A DNA stretch of 64,000 bases, taken from positions 83,762,001 to 83,826,000 of the forward strand of contig OX597827.1 of assembly GCA_951406725.2 (NCBI GenBank). Reading direction: 5' to 3'. This stretch comes from Octopus vulgaris (taxonomy: Eukaryota). Below, in pieces: positions 1 through 14,112 of this stretch (position 1 is the stretch's first letter; the number at the start of each line of letters is the position of its first letter). Below the pieces are notes generated by a model that was not told where the DNA came from, searched no databases, and saw nothing but the letters and a program-made list of their open reading frames with translations. The position numbers and the translations under genes were made by a program.

Positions 1-118
1 AGAACGGATGAGAGAGAAAACGAAACAGATAGAAAGAGCCATGTCCTGTACTTATATATGTGTACCTATATACATTTATATGTATGTATATATGCATATA
101 TCTATATATTATTTATAT

Positions 119-155
<37 letters not shown>

Positions 156-1287
156 ACGTATATATAAATATATATCAATATGTATGCATACCAATCCTAC
201 ATATATATAAATGCAGACCACATCCCGTCCTGAATGTTCACAGATCAAATATAGATTAACTATTTGTTGTCCATTGCTAACAGAAACTCCATCCATCCAT
301 CACTCTGGTGTCTGGAGCTGTTATATTTCAGCACGATGCGGTCAAATTATATGATTTTAATATGTAAAAGCTGCCAGTTTGGTCTTTATTTAAGAACTCG
401 TTATATTTCACAATGAACAGTAAAGTAATCATGAATCAACAGTTGATGGCAGTTATGGATTAGTTTTCAATTATTCGCCACTATTGCCTGGCCTGGCTTA
501 GCATTGTGCTAACTGCATAGTCACTTGCTTGGACAGATCAACACATGTCTGTCCAAAATACACACAACAGACACAGAGGCAGATACTCACAACTACAGCC
601 CCACTCACAGGACCACTACAGAGCTATGACCTCAACTCTCTTTCTCTCTGTGCATACACACACACACACACAGATATGTAGTTATGTTTGTGTATAAATG
701 TATATAGTATACATATATACACACACACACACACACATATATAATGTAAATATGTACATCAGTTAAGAGCAAGTTTCATGGAATGGTACCAGATGTACCC
801 TAGGTACTCCAGATACCCGTCTAACAGCAACCACTCTCCTACTTTAAGCAAACCACACCATTTACAATAAAAGAAAAGGTAATCTCATCATGACCACCAC
901 TACCTCAAATCCCCACCTCTCCACTACATTCACACACACCCTTGCCATGACCACCATACTTCACCCCCCCCCCCGCCACCACTGCTGCTGCCACCACCGC
1001 CACCATGGCCACCACCACCGTAAACTAAACCTTTCTCCAATTTACATTAAATGCTGTCAAAGTTTGTTATTTCCTTTCTAAAAAAGCTTTCTCATCCCCC
1101 ACCCCCCTCTCCTACCCTCACCACAACCTCCCCCCCTTTCCTATTCACTGCCAAATACAACAACAACAACAACAACAAACACTTTGCTCTTTTGTCTTTT
1201 TTTCTCTTTTGCAACATTTTGAGAAAACATCCAAAAGACATTTCACAATAACAACACACGCACACGCACACACATACAGTCTCTCTT

Positions 1288-1320
<33 letters not shown>

Positions 1321-1333
1321 TACAGTCTCTCTT

Positions 1334-1370
<37 letters not shown>

Positions 1371-1538
1371 TCAACTAAACATTTGTATAATTATTGGCTG
1401 TGCCAGAAATAGCAGCCAAGCCAATGAAGGCCTCTTCGGATACTAAAGTCAAAGATATGAAAAAATTGTGATGTCCATGGTTGGAGTGTCCTTCAGCACA
1501 AGTTAGTTTCAGTATTGATGTCTTGGAGCTAAACAACA

Positions 1539-1569
<31 letters not shown>

Positions 1570-1854
1570 TACACATGCATGCATATGTACACACACACAC
1601 ACACACACATTCACAGACAAATAAGGCAGAAAGACTTCACAATCTAAAATTCTGTAAAGAAAGTAAAGAGGAGGAAAAGAAAGAGGAGGAGTAGGGAGAA
1701 AAGAGAGGGGAGGAGGAGGACGTTTCTAGCATTTTCAGAAGAACATGAAGAAAATGGTAAAAAAAAATTTTGACATTTCGTGAAGAAAATATTTGATTAG
1801 TGAGGGTGGATGGGTATATATAAGGGGTGGATGAGTATATATATACATACATAC

Positions 1855-1896
<42 letters not shown>

Positions 1897-2529
1897 TGGA
1901 TGGGTATACATACACCCGACCTCTCCATGTAGTAGTGTAGGGGTGGCTGGGTATTAACAGGGTGGAGGTTACATAAACACTGGCCTTAACTGAGAGTGAA
2001 GGTGGAGGGGTACATACGGAGTGGAGGTTATACTCTATCAACCTCTACTCAGAGTGAGGGTGTGTGGGCAAATAGTGAGTGGAGGTTACATCATCCCCAC
2101 TCCCCCTCAACTTTGTCAGTTAAAAAAAAGTAATATTATTCTAGATCTCACATTAATATTAGGTTGGCCACCCTGGGTGGTGGTGGTCATGGTGGGGGTG
2201 GAGCTTTTGTTGTTGTTGGTGTTGTGAAACACAAACACAGTTTTACTTGAAAACCCGTGACACGTATATGTTTGTGCGTGTATGTATGTGTTTGTGTATG
2301 TATGTATATATATATCATCGTTGTTATTGTTTAGCCTCATCTCCTATACTGGCAGATATAAGTATATATGAATGTAAGTGTGTGTGTGTGTGTGTGTGCA
2401 CGTATGTGTATATGAGAAAGAGGGAGAGAGCGGGGGAAGGGGGAAACACGAGACATCCCACCTACCTCCGGAACCCTGCCTCTTCCTGTTAGGGTAAAAA
2501 AAACTTGAGGGCTGCCACCATGGATGAGA

Positions 2530-4180
2530 ATATGATGAAGGTGAAGGGAGATGGTGAGGATGGCAGAGGAAAAGCAGGAGGAGGGAGGGGGGAGTCTGAA
2601 TTAGATTTTTCAGAGGCACCAGAACAAAAGATACACATTCTTCTGGGTGGCTAACAGCAATGGCTGAGTGGAGTAGGGATACTTTTGGCAGAGAAATGGC
2701 TAAGGTCACCAAGGAAGCCAGGGTATGTGATAGGATAATGAGGATGCGGTGAGTCATGGTCAAAACAAGATAGCATTTAGGAGGGAGAGACCCAAAAAGA
2801 AGGACTTGTTTTATGAAATCCTACTCAAAGAAGTTGCGTGGCCTTATGGCTAGGGAGTTGCACCCATGAGTGCCAGATTGTGGGTTCAATTCCTGAATTG
2901 GGCAATGTGTTGTGTTCTTGAGCAAAACACTTCATGTTTATGAAAAGTTGTATGGGGACTGGCATTTCAAAGAATAGAGCCAATGTTTCTTTTGCATGTT
3001 GTCAAAAGTGACTACAAGAGGTTGAGGTAGGGTTTGCACTCTGATCTCGTAAAACCCTCTCCAGCAACGACCACCCAGACAGACCCATGGATTACCAGAG
3101 TCGTAGGGAATCAACAACAAATGGTGGATGCTGGATGCACTGTTACAGTGCATGCCCTTGTACAACTGCTGCTGCTGCTGCTACTACTACTACTATTATC
3201 ACCCCCTCCTCCTCTTCAAGACAATCTCAATGATTGTCTTGATCTCAAGGACATCCATTATCGCAGTTGGTGACATTAATGGAGATTTTAGTCAATATCA
3301 GGAGAGCATCTCTGGTGTAGATGGAGGCTACAGCTGCGGCAGATGAGATGAAAGAGGGATTAAGTCTCCTAGAATTCTGTGATGTAAATGAGCTCACCCT
3401 TATCAACATCAATTTGAGGAAACAGACCAACCACCTGACGCCCCAAACAGTTACAGATGATTCTGACCAGGAATAACAAATGGATAAATAGTTGTGAAGA
3501 CAGTGTTTCAGTGGTGAACACTGTACTCGCTACCTCTCACCACCACCACCACCACCACCACAACAGCATAGGTGGTGAGTTGAAGGAAGGAGGTGTTTGG
3601 ACACACAGACATAATGCAATATGGAGGAGGAGAGAGACAGGGAGACAAAGAGAGGTAGAGAGAGAGGAGAACTGAGAGTTTATATGAGACAATCTACTGT
3701 GTGGATGGAGGAGAATAGAGACCTAGAAGAAAGGTGAGATGATGGGGGAATGGTACAGGTAGGAGTTTACGCTAAAAAGACAGGAAAGGAATTGTAAGTG
3801 AGAAAGCTAGAAGAAAAGTTAGAGATCAGTTTTAGAGAGCAAAGAAGGAAAGTGCAAGTTGAAGTCTGTCAATCTTGTGCAATGAGAAGATGATGAGAGG
3901 TAGGGCAGATTTCAGATTGTAGTTCAGGAGTATGAATCCAGATGCCGTTTGGAAAAGGTGTACAAAATGACACCTGCTTTGGTTGATGACAAGAAGGGGG
4001 GGGGGATGGAAATGTTACTATGAGAGTTTGCTGACTGAGATATGTCTATAATTAGACCCAACAGAGGGACTATCAGGTGAAGTTGATATCTGTATGGTGT
4101 AAGCTATATAAAGAAATGGTATCTGCAAGGTGAGATTCAACATTGAGCTCAGTAAATAAATTAGAATGCAGGTAGGTGTC
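2530..4180 (+). pseudogene. Highly decayed RTE-clade LINE fragment (endonuclease to N-terminal RT), interrupted by a SINE and microsatellites
   Basis: Patches match the 25.7-28.0 kb RTE: 2620-2700 matches YKIFWAGN..GVG.L.AEKW, 3368-3435 reads LEFCDVNELTLININLRKQTNHL, and 3800-4110 matches EARRQVY..WRRHYERLL..DPTEGP. Many stops and frameshifts. Confidence 0.65.
2836..3110 (+). mobile_element. Decayed tRNA-derived SINE (same type as 9874-10202)
   Basis: A-box-like TGGCCTTATGG and B-box GGTTCAATTCC, followed by TGTTGTGTTCTTGAGCAAAACACTT shared with the 9874 copy. Confidence 0.6.
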
Positions 4181-4675
4181 TGTCAGAAGTCAGCTGTTCA
4201 TCCTCTGCTCTTGGGTATAGTCCTCTATAATATAACACACTCAGTGTGGGCTTCTTTCAGTTTCCATTTAACAAATCCACTAACACAGCTTTGGTCGGCC
4301 TGGAGCTAGAGTAAAGCATTCTAGTCTAAGGTGCCCTGCACTAAGATTGAACTGAGAACGACTGTGGTGGTGAAGCAAACCTCTTAACCACACAACCATG
4401 CACAGCAGTGGCAGAATTGGTGTTGGTAGAAGTAGTAGCAGTGGTGGTGGTGGTGGTGGTAGTAATGGAAATGTAGGCTGCTTGTGTCAAGTTGATTGTC
4501 ACCAACTGTCACTTGGCATCAATCACCTCTCCTCACACCATCACCACCAACACCTGACTCATCTCTCTCAACCCTTTACCTCCCACCATCAAACTCCACA
4601 AGACTCCCGCCCCCCACGACAGCAAGTTGTGTGTTTGAGGTGTTTCTGTATATGTGTGTGTGTGTGTGTGTAATG

Positions 4676-4715
<40 letters not shown>

Positions 4716-5480
4716 ATATATATGCATGTGTGTATATATATATATATTAACAGCAAAACATGTGTGCACACCTGCATATATAAACCAGAACACGTGTGTG
4801 TGTGTGTGACTTTAAGACTGTCATGGAGAGGAGTGTGGGCCAGTATTAGGGAGTGGGGTGGAGAAAGAGAGAGAGCGGGGAAGAAGAAGTGGGATCCTTA
4901 GACTTTCCCTAACCCTAAGGGATGTGAGTTCAATCAACATTTATGGCTATTAACAATGACAGAAACTACCATGAATTATCTGCCCTTGTCAAGAACTCTT
5001 TTTTTTCTTTCTCTTTTTGTTTGTTTATTAAGCAGATCCCATTTCTCATCCAAAGATTTCTCTCCACCATTTTCTTAAGTGCCCTGTCCTCAACATTATT
5101 ATTGTTGTTGTTGCTGGAGAACTGCCTTTGTCTGGATGACGAATAAATTTGTCACAGCAGGCCAATAGCAGCAGCACTCTCTCCCTCACCCCCTCCATCT
5201 CAAACATAAACTCATACAAATGCATGTGTGTGTATATACATATATACAACTGTATGTATATGTATAACCAGAGAGGTAATATTCTAATTCAAACAGTGAA
5301 TTAGAATCCCCTTAGAATTATCATCTGGTATTTGAATCCATAAATTGGCCTTTTCTAACTTCTAACACCGACCTTCTTGTATACAACACAGACACACACA
5401 TGTGAATATGTATGTACATAGATGCTTTTTGGTGCACATGTAAAACTGTATTATTTCTAACACACACACACACACACATA

Positions 5481-5548
<68 letters not shown>

Positions 5549-6231
5549 TATATACATATATACACACACACACACACATACACAGTAATGTAAATGCACA
5601 CAAGCACACACACACATTCAGTTTGCTTTCCAACCACACGAAATTGGTTTCCATCCAACAATGTGACACCTTAGGCAAGTTTCGTATTCCATAGCTTTGG
5701 AATCATAATTGGTTGATGGGAGCACCAAGGAAGCCTAGTGCACATACACGTGTGTGTGTGTGTGTGTATAGGTGTCTCATCTTGGCTGTAGTTCTCAAGC
5801 TGAAACAAGTTAAAGAGTATACACACACACACACACACACACACAGATAGAGAGAGAGAAAGAAAGAGAGAGAAAGAGTGAGAGGGCATATTCCTGCATT
5901 CTGTGTGGTACCAGCAGTACCACACAGTGGCACACACACACACATGCATGCATGTGTGTGTGTGTGTGTATAAATGAATGTTTACATTGCGCCTCACACC
6001 TGAGCAAAACTGTGATGACATGTTAACATTCTTCCTTACAAACGATGCCCTGCAGCTCTGTACTTTCAAAGAATAATAAATTAATAAAGATCCCTGGAAA
6101 AGCAGTTCAGGATTGGCTCAGGAAGGGCATCTGGCTGTGAAATACCAGCTGAAAGAAGTTTCTAGCTAATCCATGGGAGCATAGAAAAATGCATGTAAAA
6201 AGAAAGAATTGAACAAATATGTATGTATATA

Positions 6232-6262
<31 letters not shown>

Positions 6263-7204
6263 GAGCCATAACATATATATAATATACACACACATATATA
6301 TTTATATAATATACATACATACATATATATATATATTATTATTATTATTATTATTATGTAAAATGGGTGCCTGTTGGTTTCAATGACACACAGTTGTTTA
6401 TTCAACTGAATGAGCAAACTCAATGAAGAGATATGTAACTGGCTGAGTATATCTTAGGCATATACCTATCCTTAATGTAATTCTCAGTTAGACTCAGTAT
6501 GACAGGGCTAATGTCCATCTGATGGGCTTCCTTACAGTTTCCATCATTGCCCAAGTATGGATCTAACTACGGCCACTGTAAAAAACCTTGGATGCAGCAG
6601 ATACCCCGTGCTGGGCTGGAACCCAGGGCCTTGTCAAAGGAAAATAAATTTTTTAACACACACACACACACACACACACATATGCACAAGTATACATATA
6701 ATTCTATATTTCTGCATATACCCATCTGTACTTATATATATATCCACATTGCGCATGCATATAACAATAGATATACATACACACACGCACACACACACAC
6801 ACACCTCTAAACACATCTAGGAAGAGAGTGAATAACATCAAAATAATGAAGTGAAGGAAAGGGGCAAGATAGTGCATATGGGTGTGTGTGTGTGTGAGTA
6901 TATAAAATAATGTGTATATATGTGTCTAGATGTATATATGTATCTGAATGTCAATATGCATTTGTTGGAAAGTATAAAGTCATAGGTGTGTGTATTTGTG
7001 TGTGTATGTGTGTGAGTGTGTGTGTGTAATTGTATATGGCTATAGATTGGTGTATATATGTATGTGCTGTATGATTGTATATGTATGTAGAATGTGATTA
7101 CATGCGTGCATATGTATAAATGTATTTATGTGTATGTATGTAATATATGCTTGAGTGTAAGAGGCATAGAATGTGTATATAACATGAATGTATGTACATG
7201 TTGT

Positions 7205-7241
<37 letters not shown>

Positions 7242-7411
7242 GTGGCATGCTGGGATTTCAGTGTGTGACATGAGTTAATGTATTAATGGAGTGAGTGTGT
7301 GTATTGGTGCAGACCAGTGGTATCGTGCTGATGAGCTGGAAGTGGTGGTGGTGGTGGTGGTAGAGTGTATAGATAGTGGTGGTGTACACTCAGTCTCCCC
7401 CTCTCTCTCTC

Positions 7412-7456
<45 letters not shown>

Positions 7457-7951
7457 GCATGAGTGTGTGTGTGTGTCCCCTTTCCCCCTCCCCCTCATCT
7501 CTAAACAACATTAGAACTCAATGGGTTTATTTACTTGTCTAATGTATACATCCATTCACCCATTTATTTACACACTTAGATCTCTGGATATGTGTGTGTG
7601 TGTGTGTGCATGTGTGTGTACTCACAGTCTTATCACTGAGAATATAGGTATATATATATTACTTGTGGTGTGTTTATTTTATGTGTTTATTTAATATATC
7701 TGAGTACACATATACACACATGTATACACGTATACATACATATATGTGTATGTATGTATGTGTGTATGTATGTATGTATGTATGTATGTATGTATGTATG
7801 TATGTATATATTTATGTATACACACACACACTATTTGTTCTGTGGTTAACTATGTATTGTGTATATAATATATATTAGTGCATATGTATATATGTATGTA
7901 TGTGTATGGCGGTGCTCCAGCATGGCCACAGCCTCTGGGCAGAAACTAAAA

Positions 7952-7998
<47 letters not shown>

Positions 7999-9210
7999 CA
8001 TATATATATGAACATATATATATGCATGTATGTGTGTACACACATACACACACAAGCAGTGAGATGTGTGAGTAGTTTTCTTGATGTGTAGTTATGTAAA
8101 TTCATGTATATAACTAATGCACACACACACACATTGTATACAAAATAGGTACAAGTATGTGTGAGTGTGTGTGAGTGTGTGTGTGTGTGAAGTAGAGGAG
8201 ATGATGGGTGTTGAGCATAAATCGAAACTAACTCACTACAAACTATTCATCATGCATCACACACACACACACATCTGTGCATGTGTGTGTGTGTGTTATA
8301 TAATTTAGAATGGGGAAGATGATGGAGGTGGTGGGGCGTCAGTGGAATTCTGTTGATTTGATGGAAAACACAGGACATTAACACAACAACAACAACAACA
8401 ACCAGGACAGCCAGAGAAATATTACTCCGACAGATTACATTAATCCATTTAGATAAGGTATTAATGCAGTGTTATGGAGATGGATGTTGAGGGCAAAGGT
8501 TCAATTCTTGTCAAAGTAAGTGCTGTTCATGTCTGCCCCCTCCTGGCTGGTCAGCTGTAGAGGCCAGTCCAGTCCAGCCCATCTCCTTCTAACATGACAG
8601 CTGAGAGAGTAACGGGTGGCGACTGCCCTATCTCCACCCCACCCCACCCCACCCCACAACAATCAGCAACGGAACATGTGACCAATGTCAATGTCCCTGC
8701 CGTCGACACAAATTCAAACAAGAACCTTTTACACACACGAACTGATACAGGGCCCAGTGATAAAGCTGTTGTGCTCATGATTGCTAAATCATAGGTTCAA
8801 TTCCAGGACCAAGATGTGTGTTGTGTTCTTGAGCAAAAAACATTTCATTTCAGCATTGCTCCAGTCCACACAGCTGTAAATGGGTCACTCTGTGATGGAC
8901 CAACCTTCTGATTGGGAGGGCTTGCTCACCCAACGAGCAGGGTGGCATCGTTAGAAAGTGAAAATTGTGCAGAGCGCATTATGACCAGAAATGTGATAGT
9001 CTGGTTGATCATGTGATATTTATATACATGTACATGTGTGTATGTGTTTGTTTATATATGTATGTATGTGCATATATATATATTTATATATAGAGGGTAT
9101 TATTATACATACATGCCACACGCTAAGAGGGACAAAATTAGTCATTTCTACCAAAAATTTTACTAATCCCACCGAATGCAATTTTTCAAAGTAAGACATT
9201 TAAAAATATG

Positions 9211-9257
9211 GACTTGTATCACCTGTGATTTCATACCTCTGTATTCATCAGCAAGTC
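9211..9257 (-). ncRNA. Type I hammerhead ribozyme motif (identical mirror copy)
   Basis: Exact reverse complement of 9564-9610. Confidence 0.88.
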
Positions 9258-9563
9258 TGGACGTATCATAAATAAACGAACCCAACTCGTCTAAGCCGAG
9301 CAACTATCTGATCAACTTCAACGAAGCACATGGGTGGGTTTACATATATTACATCCGGTAAATGGCAGACTTTTACGAATTGCATTTCGGGAAAGGAAAA
9401 GTTTTTTATTCCGAAAAAACTTTTCCTTTCCCGAAATGCAATTCGTAAAAGTCTGCCATTTACCGGATGTAATATATGTAAACCCACCCATGTGCTTCGT
9501 TGAAGTTGATCAGATAGTTGCTCGGCTTAGACGAGTTGGGTTCGTTTATTTATGATACGTCCA

Positions 9564-9610
9564 GACTTGCTGATGAATACAGAGGTATGAAATCACAGGT
9601 GATACAAGTC
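9564..9610 (+). ncRNA. Type I hammerhead ribozyme motif, complete
   Basis: GACTTG-CTGATGA-ATAC(AGAG)GTAT-GAAA-TCAC(AG)GTGA-TA-CAAGTC: 6-bp stem I, exact CUGAUGA and GAAA core, 4-bp stem II, stem III and an AUA triplet. Predicted cut after 9604. Confidence 0.88.
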
Positions 9611-9873
9611 CATATTTTTAAATGTCTTACTTTGAAAAATTGCATTCGGTGGGATTAGTAAAATTTTTGGTAGAAATGACTAATTTTGTCCCTCTTAGCG
9701 TGTAGCATGTATGTATAATAATGCCCTCTATATATAAATTAATATGTTCAATAAGAAAGAATTATTTTCGAAATTTTTTCTTTTATGAGGTTTTTCACGC
9801 TATCTACCCGATAATTTCTTGTTAAGTTTTCCTTATTAAGAAGTTGTCCTTAATTGCTATATATATATATATA

Positions 9874-10202
9874 GGCACATGGCTCAGTGGTTAGAGCATC
9901 GAGCTTACGATCGTGAGGTTGTGAGCTCGAATCCCGGACCGGGCTGCGTGTTGTGTTCTTGAGCAAGGCACTTTATTTCACGTTGCTCCAGTTCACTCAA
10001 CTGTAGAAATGAGTTGCGACGTCACAGGTGCCAAGCTGTATCGACCTTTGTCTTTCCCTTGGATAACACTGGTGGCGTGGAGAGGGGAGGCTGGTATGCA
10101 TGGGCGACTGCTGATCTTCCATAAACAACCTTGCCCGGACATGTGTCTAGGAGGGTAACTTTCTAGGTGCAATCCCATGGTCATTCATGACCGAAGGGGG
10201 TC
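9874..10202 (+). mobile_element. tRNA-derived SINE, well preserved
   Basis: A box TGGCTCAGTGG, B-box-like GAGCTCGAATCCC, central CTTGAGCAAGGCACTT motif; flanked by (TA)n. Relatives at about 2836(+), 8750(+) and 30057-30380(-). Confidence 0.85.
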
Positions 10203-11253
10203 AGAAAATATATATATATATATAAATAAAAGAATATGGATTCAAAGAATCAAACAAAGCTTGCTGTAAGCTCTGTGTTTGGTGCCTGACTTTCAGGAAA
10301 AACAGTAGTCAAAGAAAGGATATAATCTCACTGTTGTTTTGAAAATTCAGGAATCACAGTGGTGGAGAATATGTACATAAATTGGCCAGATAAGGGATGT
10401 GAGAGAACAGAAGTTAATTCCATTTGTTGACAGCTGTTTCATAATCTGTGTCAGTTACATAAGAAAGACTACATCATCCACCATATAAATATATATCACC
10501 ATCATTTAATGTCTGTTTTCTGTACCAACATAGAAAACGGGTGTTAAAGGATGATGATGGTGATGATCATGATGATGATGATACATACCTATAAATATAA
10601 CTGTACCATAATATAATGAACAGATTACACATCAGAACATTTCATGGCAAGTCAAACACCAGATTTTGCTATCAATTACAGTGTAACAAAATTCGTTAGA
10701 CTTTGGTCAGTCAGTGTTATTTCCTATTTGCTTCTATCGAGAAATCAAAGGAACTGACAAGTATTTTGTTCAATGTTTTGAAACTGACCTGTTTTCTCAT
10801 ACATTTCAGATAGATTCGTTATAGCAAATATTCTGTTTAACAGCACATATTTGCTTGTCAGTTGCTAGGCCATAACCACTTGAGCATGTCCCTCAGTGAC
10901 TGACAATATGTGCATCTCTGATCATGATCAGGAGTAGCGGGTGAGCATCATGACCATGTATTGAGAGGGATTCTTTGGGGTTTGAATAAATGTAACAAAA
11001 GCAAAGAGGAAATAACTGTTGCTACACAAGGACAAAAATCGTATTACACAGTGTTATCAAGTTGTAGCAGACAATAGCATGTATGTGGTCATGGTAGTAT
11101 TTATAATAAGTGAAGTCTACAAATCACATCTATTGTCTGCTACCATATAATGAAGCAACTTGCTATTTTATAGCAGAATCTGGGCTTTGACTTGCCATGA
11201 AATGTTCTGATGTATAGTTTGTTCATTATGTTTCAGCACTATCATATTTATGG

Positions 11254-11295
<42 letters not shown>

Positions 11296-11324
11296 TATGG
11301 ATATATATATATATGTGTATGTAT

Positions 11325-11863
11325 GAGGACCGCTGCATAATGAAGTGTTGATTTCTAATTGTGGAGGGAAAATGTGGGAGAGATAGACACAGGAAGATGA
11401 AGGACAAAGTGGTGAAAAAGGATCTTCAGAAGCTGGGCCTTGCTGAGGAGATGACAAGGGACTGAGACTAGTGGTGATTTTGCTGTACTTGAGAAGGCAT
11501 GTCAAGCTAAGGAAAATTATGGCCATCCATACATACAGGATTGTCCTTTATGGCTGTGCCCCTCTCACTCCCTCTTCCAGCTGAGAGGTCTTTGTCTTGC
11601 AGATGCCACATAAATTGCACTTGTGCTGGTGTCAAATATGATGCACTCCTGCTGGTGCTACATTAGCGCATCTGTTCTGGTGCCATGTAAAAAGCACCCA
11701 GTCCACTCTGTAAAGTGATTGGCATGTTAGGAAGGGCATCCAGCTGTAGAAACCAAGCCAGAAACAGAAAACTAGAGCCTGGACAGTTCTCCAGCTGACC
11801 AACTCCTGTCAAACCATCCAACCCATGCCAGCATAGAAAATGGACATTAAATGATGGTGATGA
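11325..11863 (+). mobile_element. RTE LINE 3' fragment (ORF end, 3'UTR and (GAT)n tail)
   Basis: VEGKCGRDRHRK-like RTE C-terminus, then TTAGGAAGGGCATCCAGCTGTAGAAAC ... CCAACCCATGCCAGCAT ... TAAATGATGGTGATGAT, a tail shared with many copies. Confidence 0.7.
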
Positions 11864-12122
11864 TATATAAACATATATATGTATCTCTTTTATGTTTTAC
11901 TTAGACTGTGGCCATGCTTGAGCACCACCTTGAAAAACTTTTAGTTGAATATATTGACCTCAGGACGTGTCTTTTTTTTAAAACTGGTCCTTATTCTAAC
12001 AGTTTCTTTTACCAAACTGTTAAGTTGCACAGACATAAACACACCAGCACCAGTTGCCAAATGGTTGTTGCAGGGGCAAATGCAGACACACAGACACACG
12101 CACGCATGCACACACACACACA

Positions 12123-12160
<38 letters not shown>

Positions 12161-13061
12161 ATATATGTAACAATCATGCCAAACCTAACCTTGCCTCTGC
12201 TAGTGTTATGTAAAAAGTATTGAATCCACTCTGCAGAGTGGTTGGTGACAGGAAGGGCATCCAGCTGTAAAATCCTTGCCAAAACAGACACAGTAGCCTA
12301 GGATAATTTTCCACCTGGCTGGCTCCTGTCAACTGTCTTACCCTTGCATGGAAGGTCGATGTTAAACAATGATATATATAAATATATGATGGGCGTCTTT
12401 GAGTTTTTGTCTATCAAATCCACTCACAAGGATTTGGTTGGCCTGAGGCTTTAGTAGAAGGCACTTGCTCAAGGTGCCATCCAGTGAGACTGAACACAGA
12501 ACCATTTGGTTGAGAAGCAAACGTCTTACCATACAGCCATACCAGCACTGATATATAAATATTACGATATATCATATTCATTAAAAGCATTATTACACAG
12601 CCTATAAGCTTGTTTTAGTATATAATATGACTCATCAGAAATATTTCTCATTAACAAGAAAGCAGTGAAACTAGTCTGGAGATTGTATTAGGTTTAATAA
12701 ATAGAATTTACTCTACATCCCAGACACATTCGATTATGGCTTCTTTAAATTATACAAGTATGTATGTGTGTACGTGTGTATGTATGTATGCATGAATGTA
12801 TGTGTATGTTTGTATGTATGTGTATGTATGTATGCATGTATATACACACACACACACACACACACATGTATATTTATATGTTTGTCTGTCTGTCCGTCCG
12901 TCATTTATCTGTCTGTCTGTCTATCTATCTTAAAAGGAATAATGTAGGAAATAAATCAAAATAAATACATTAAAGTGTACACTGATATTCTATATATTGT
13001 TCTTTTGGACATTGATCCATGTTTCTAGTGGAAATGTGTTTGTGTATGTAAACACACATGT

Positions 13062-13094
<33 letters not shown>

Positions 13095-13174
13095 CATATA
13101 TATATATGCTAGCATGGAAAATGGACGTTAAATGATGATGATGATGATATATATATATATATATATATATATAA

Positions 13175-13370
13175 TTGGAATTTATGAAAAACAAAACAAA
13201 AGACCAAGACGGGTGTGTAAACAACAAGCAGGTGTATTAGTTTAATACTCGGGAAGTGAGAAAGTCTTTTACGTTTCGAGCCTATGCTCTTCGACAGAAA
13301 GGAACACAGAAATAAGCAGAGAGAGAAAACAAAAAAAAGGTTTAGTGGCTACCGACCAGTCATGGTGATA
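13175..13370 (-). mobile_element. Short interspersed repeat with a variant minimal hammerhead core (Penelope-like)
   Basis: Minus strand 13266-13302 reads CCTTT-CTGTCGAA-GAGC(ATAG)GCTC-GAAAC-GTA-AAAG. A more decayed copy is at about 20905-21100; related pieces at about 39020-39120 and 51375-51450. Confidence 0.65.
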
Positions 13371-13867
13371 CATATATATACATACATACTTTCATGGTGG
13401 ACTGAAAGCAAATGATGTTAGTGAAGCCATTGTTTACAACCAGCAAAGAAATAGCCATGTAGACAAGAGAAATGCAAACTCATTCTCTCTTTCTTATAAA
13501 TATATACACCTACATAGATATACATACATACAAACATATACATACATACACACACACACATGCACAGATATAACAATTCCACTCAGCTGCACATTAAAGT
13601 GTTGTGGATGCATAAGACACATCCATTTCCTGAAATGTTCAAGGTTAGAAATTGCCTTGAAACCTCTGATGAAGTGAGCATGTTCTACCCATACACGAAA
13701 CCTTTAATCATGTGGAGCGGATTAATATATGGAACTCCAAGTAAATGGATTGGGCAACACTTTCTTTTGTCTGTTCACTCACTCATATAAGATATATTTT
13801 AGATATATATAAAGATAAACTTGCTTGGAAATGGAGGCATGGCGATATATATATATATGAACATTCG

Positions 13868-14056
13868 TTTATTCTTTTAATTGTTTCAGTCATTTGACTA
13901 CTGCCATGCTGGAGCACCACCTTTAGTTGAACAAATCGATCCCAGGACTTATTCTATTGGTCTCTTTTTGCTGTACTGCTACGTGACAGGGATGTAAACA
14001 CATCAACATCGGTTGTCAAGCGATGGTGGGGTGACAAACACAGACACAAATAACAA

Positions 14057-14112
<56 letters not shown>

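Larger units (their letters stand above)
9082..9739. repeat. Near-perfect palindrome: two 326-bp arms with a 6-nt spacer (ATTCCG, 9408-9413); probable head-to-head Penelope-like/retrozyme insertion
   Basis: Arms 9082-9407 and 9414-9739 compared 10-mer by 10-mer; only 2 mismatches (9098/9723 and 9117/9704). Explains the mirror ORFs 9266-9487(-) and 9334-9555(+). Confidence 0.97.

Noticed and set aside
9266-9555. Two near-identical 73-aa ORFs on opposite strands
   Set aside because: Automatic result of the palindrome; no recognisable domain.
9874-9950. tRNA-like sequence
   Set aside because: Runs straight into a SINE body shared with other copies; a SINE head, not a tRNA gene.
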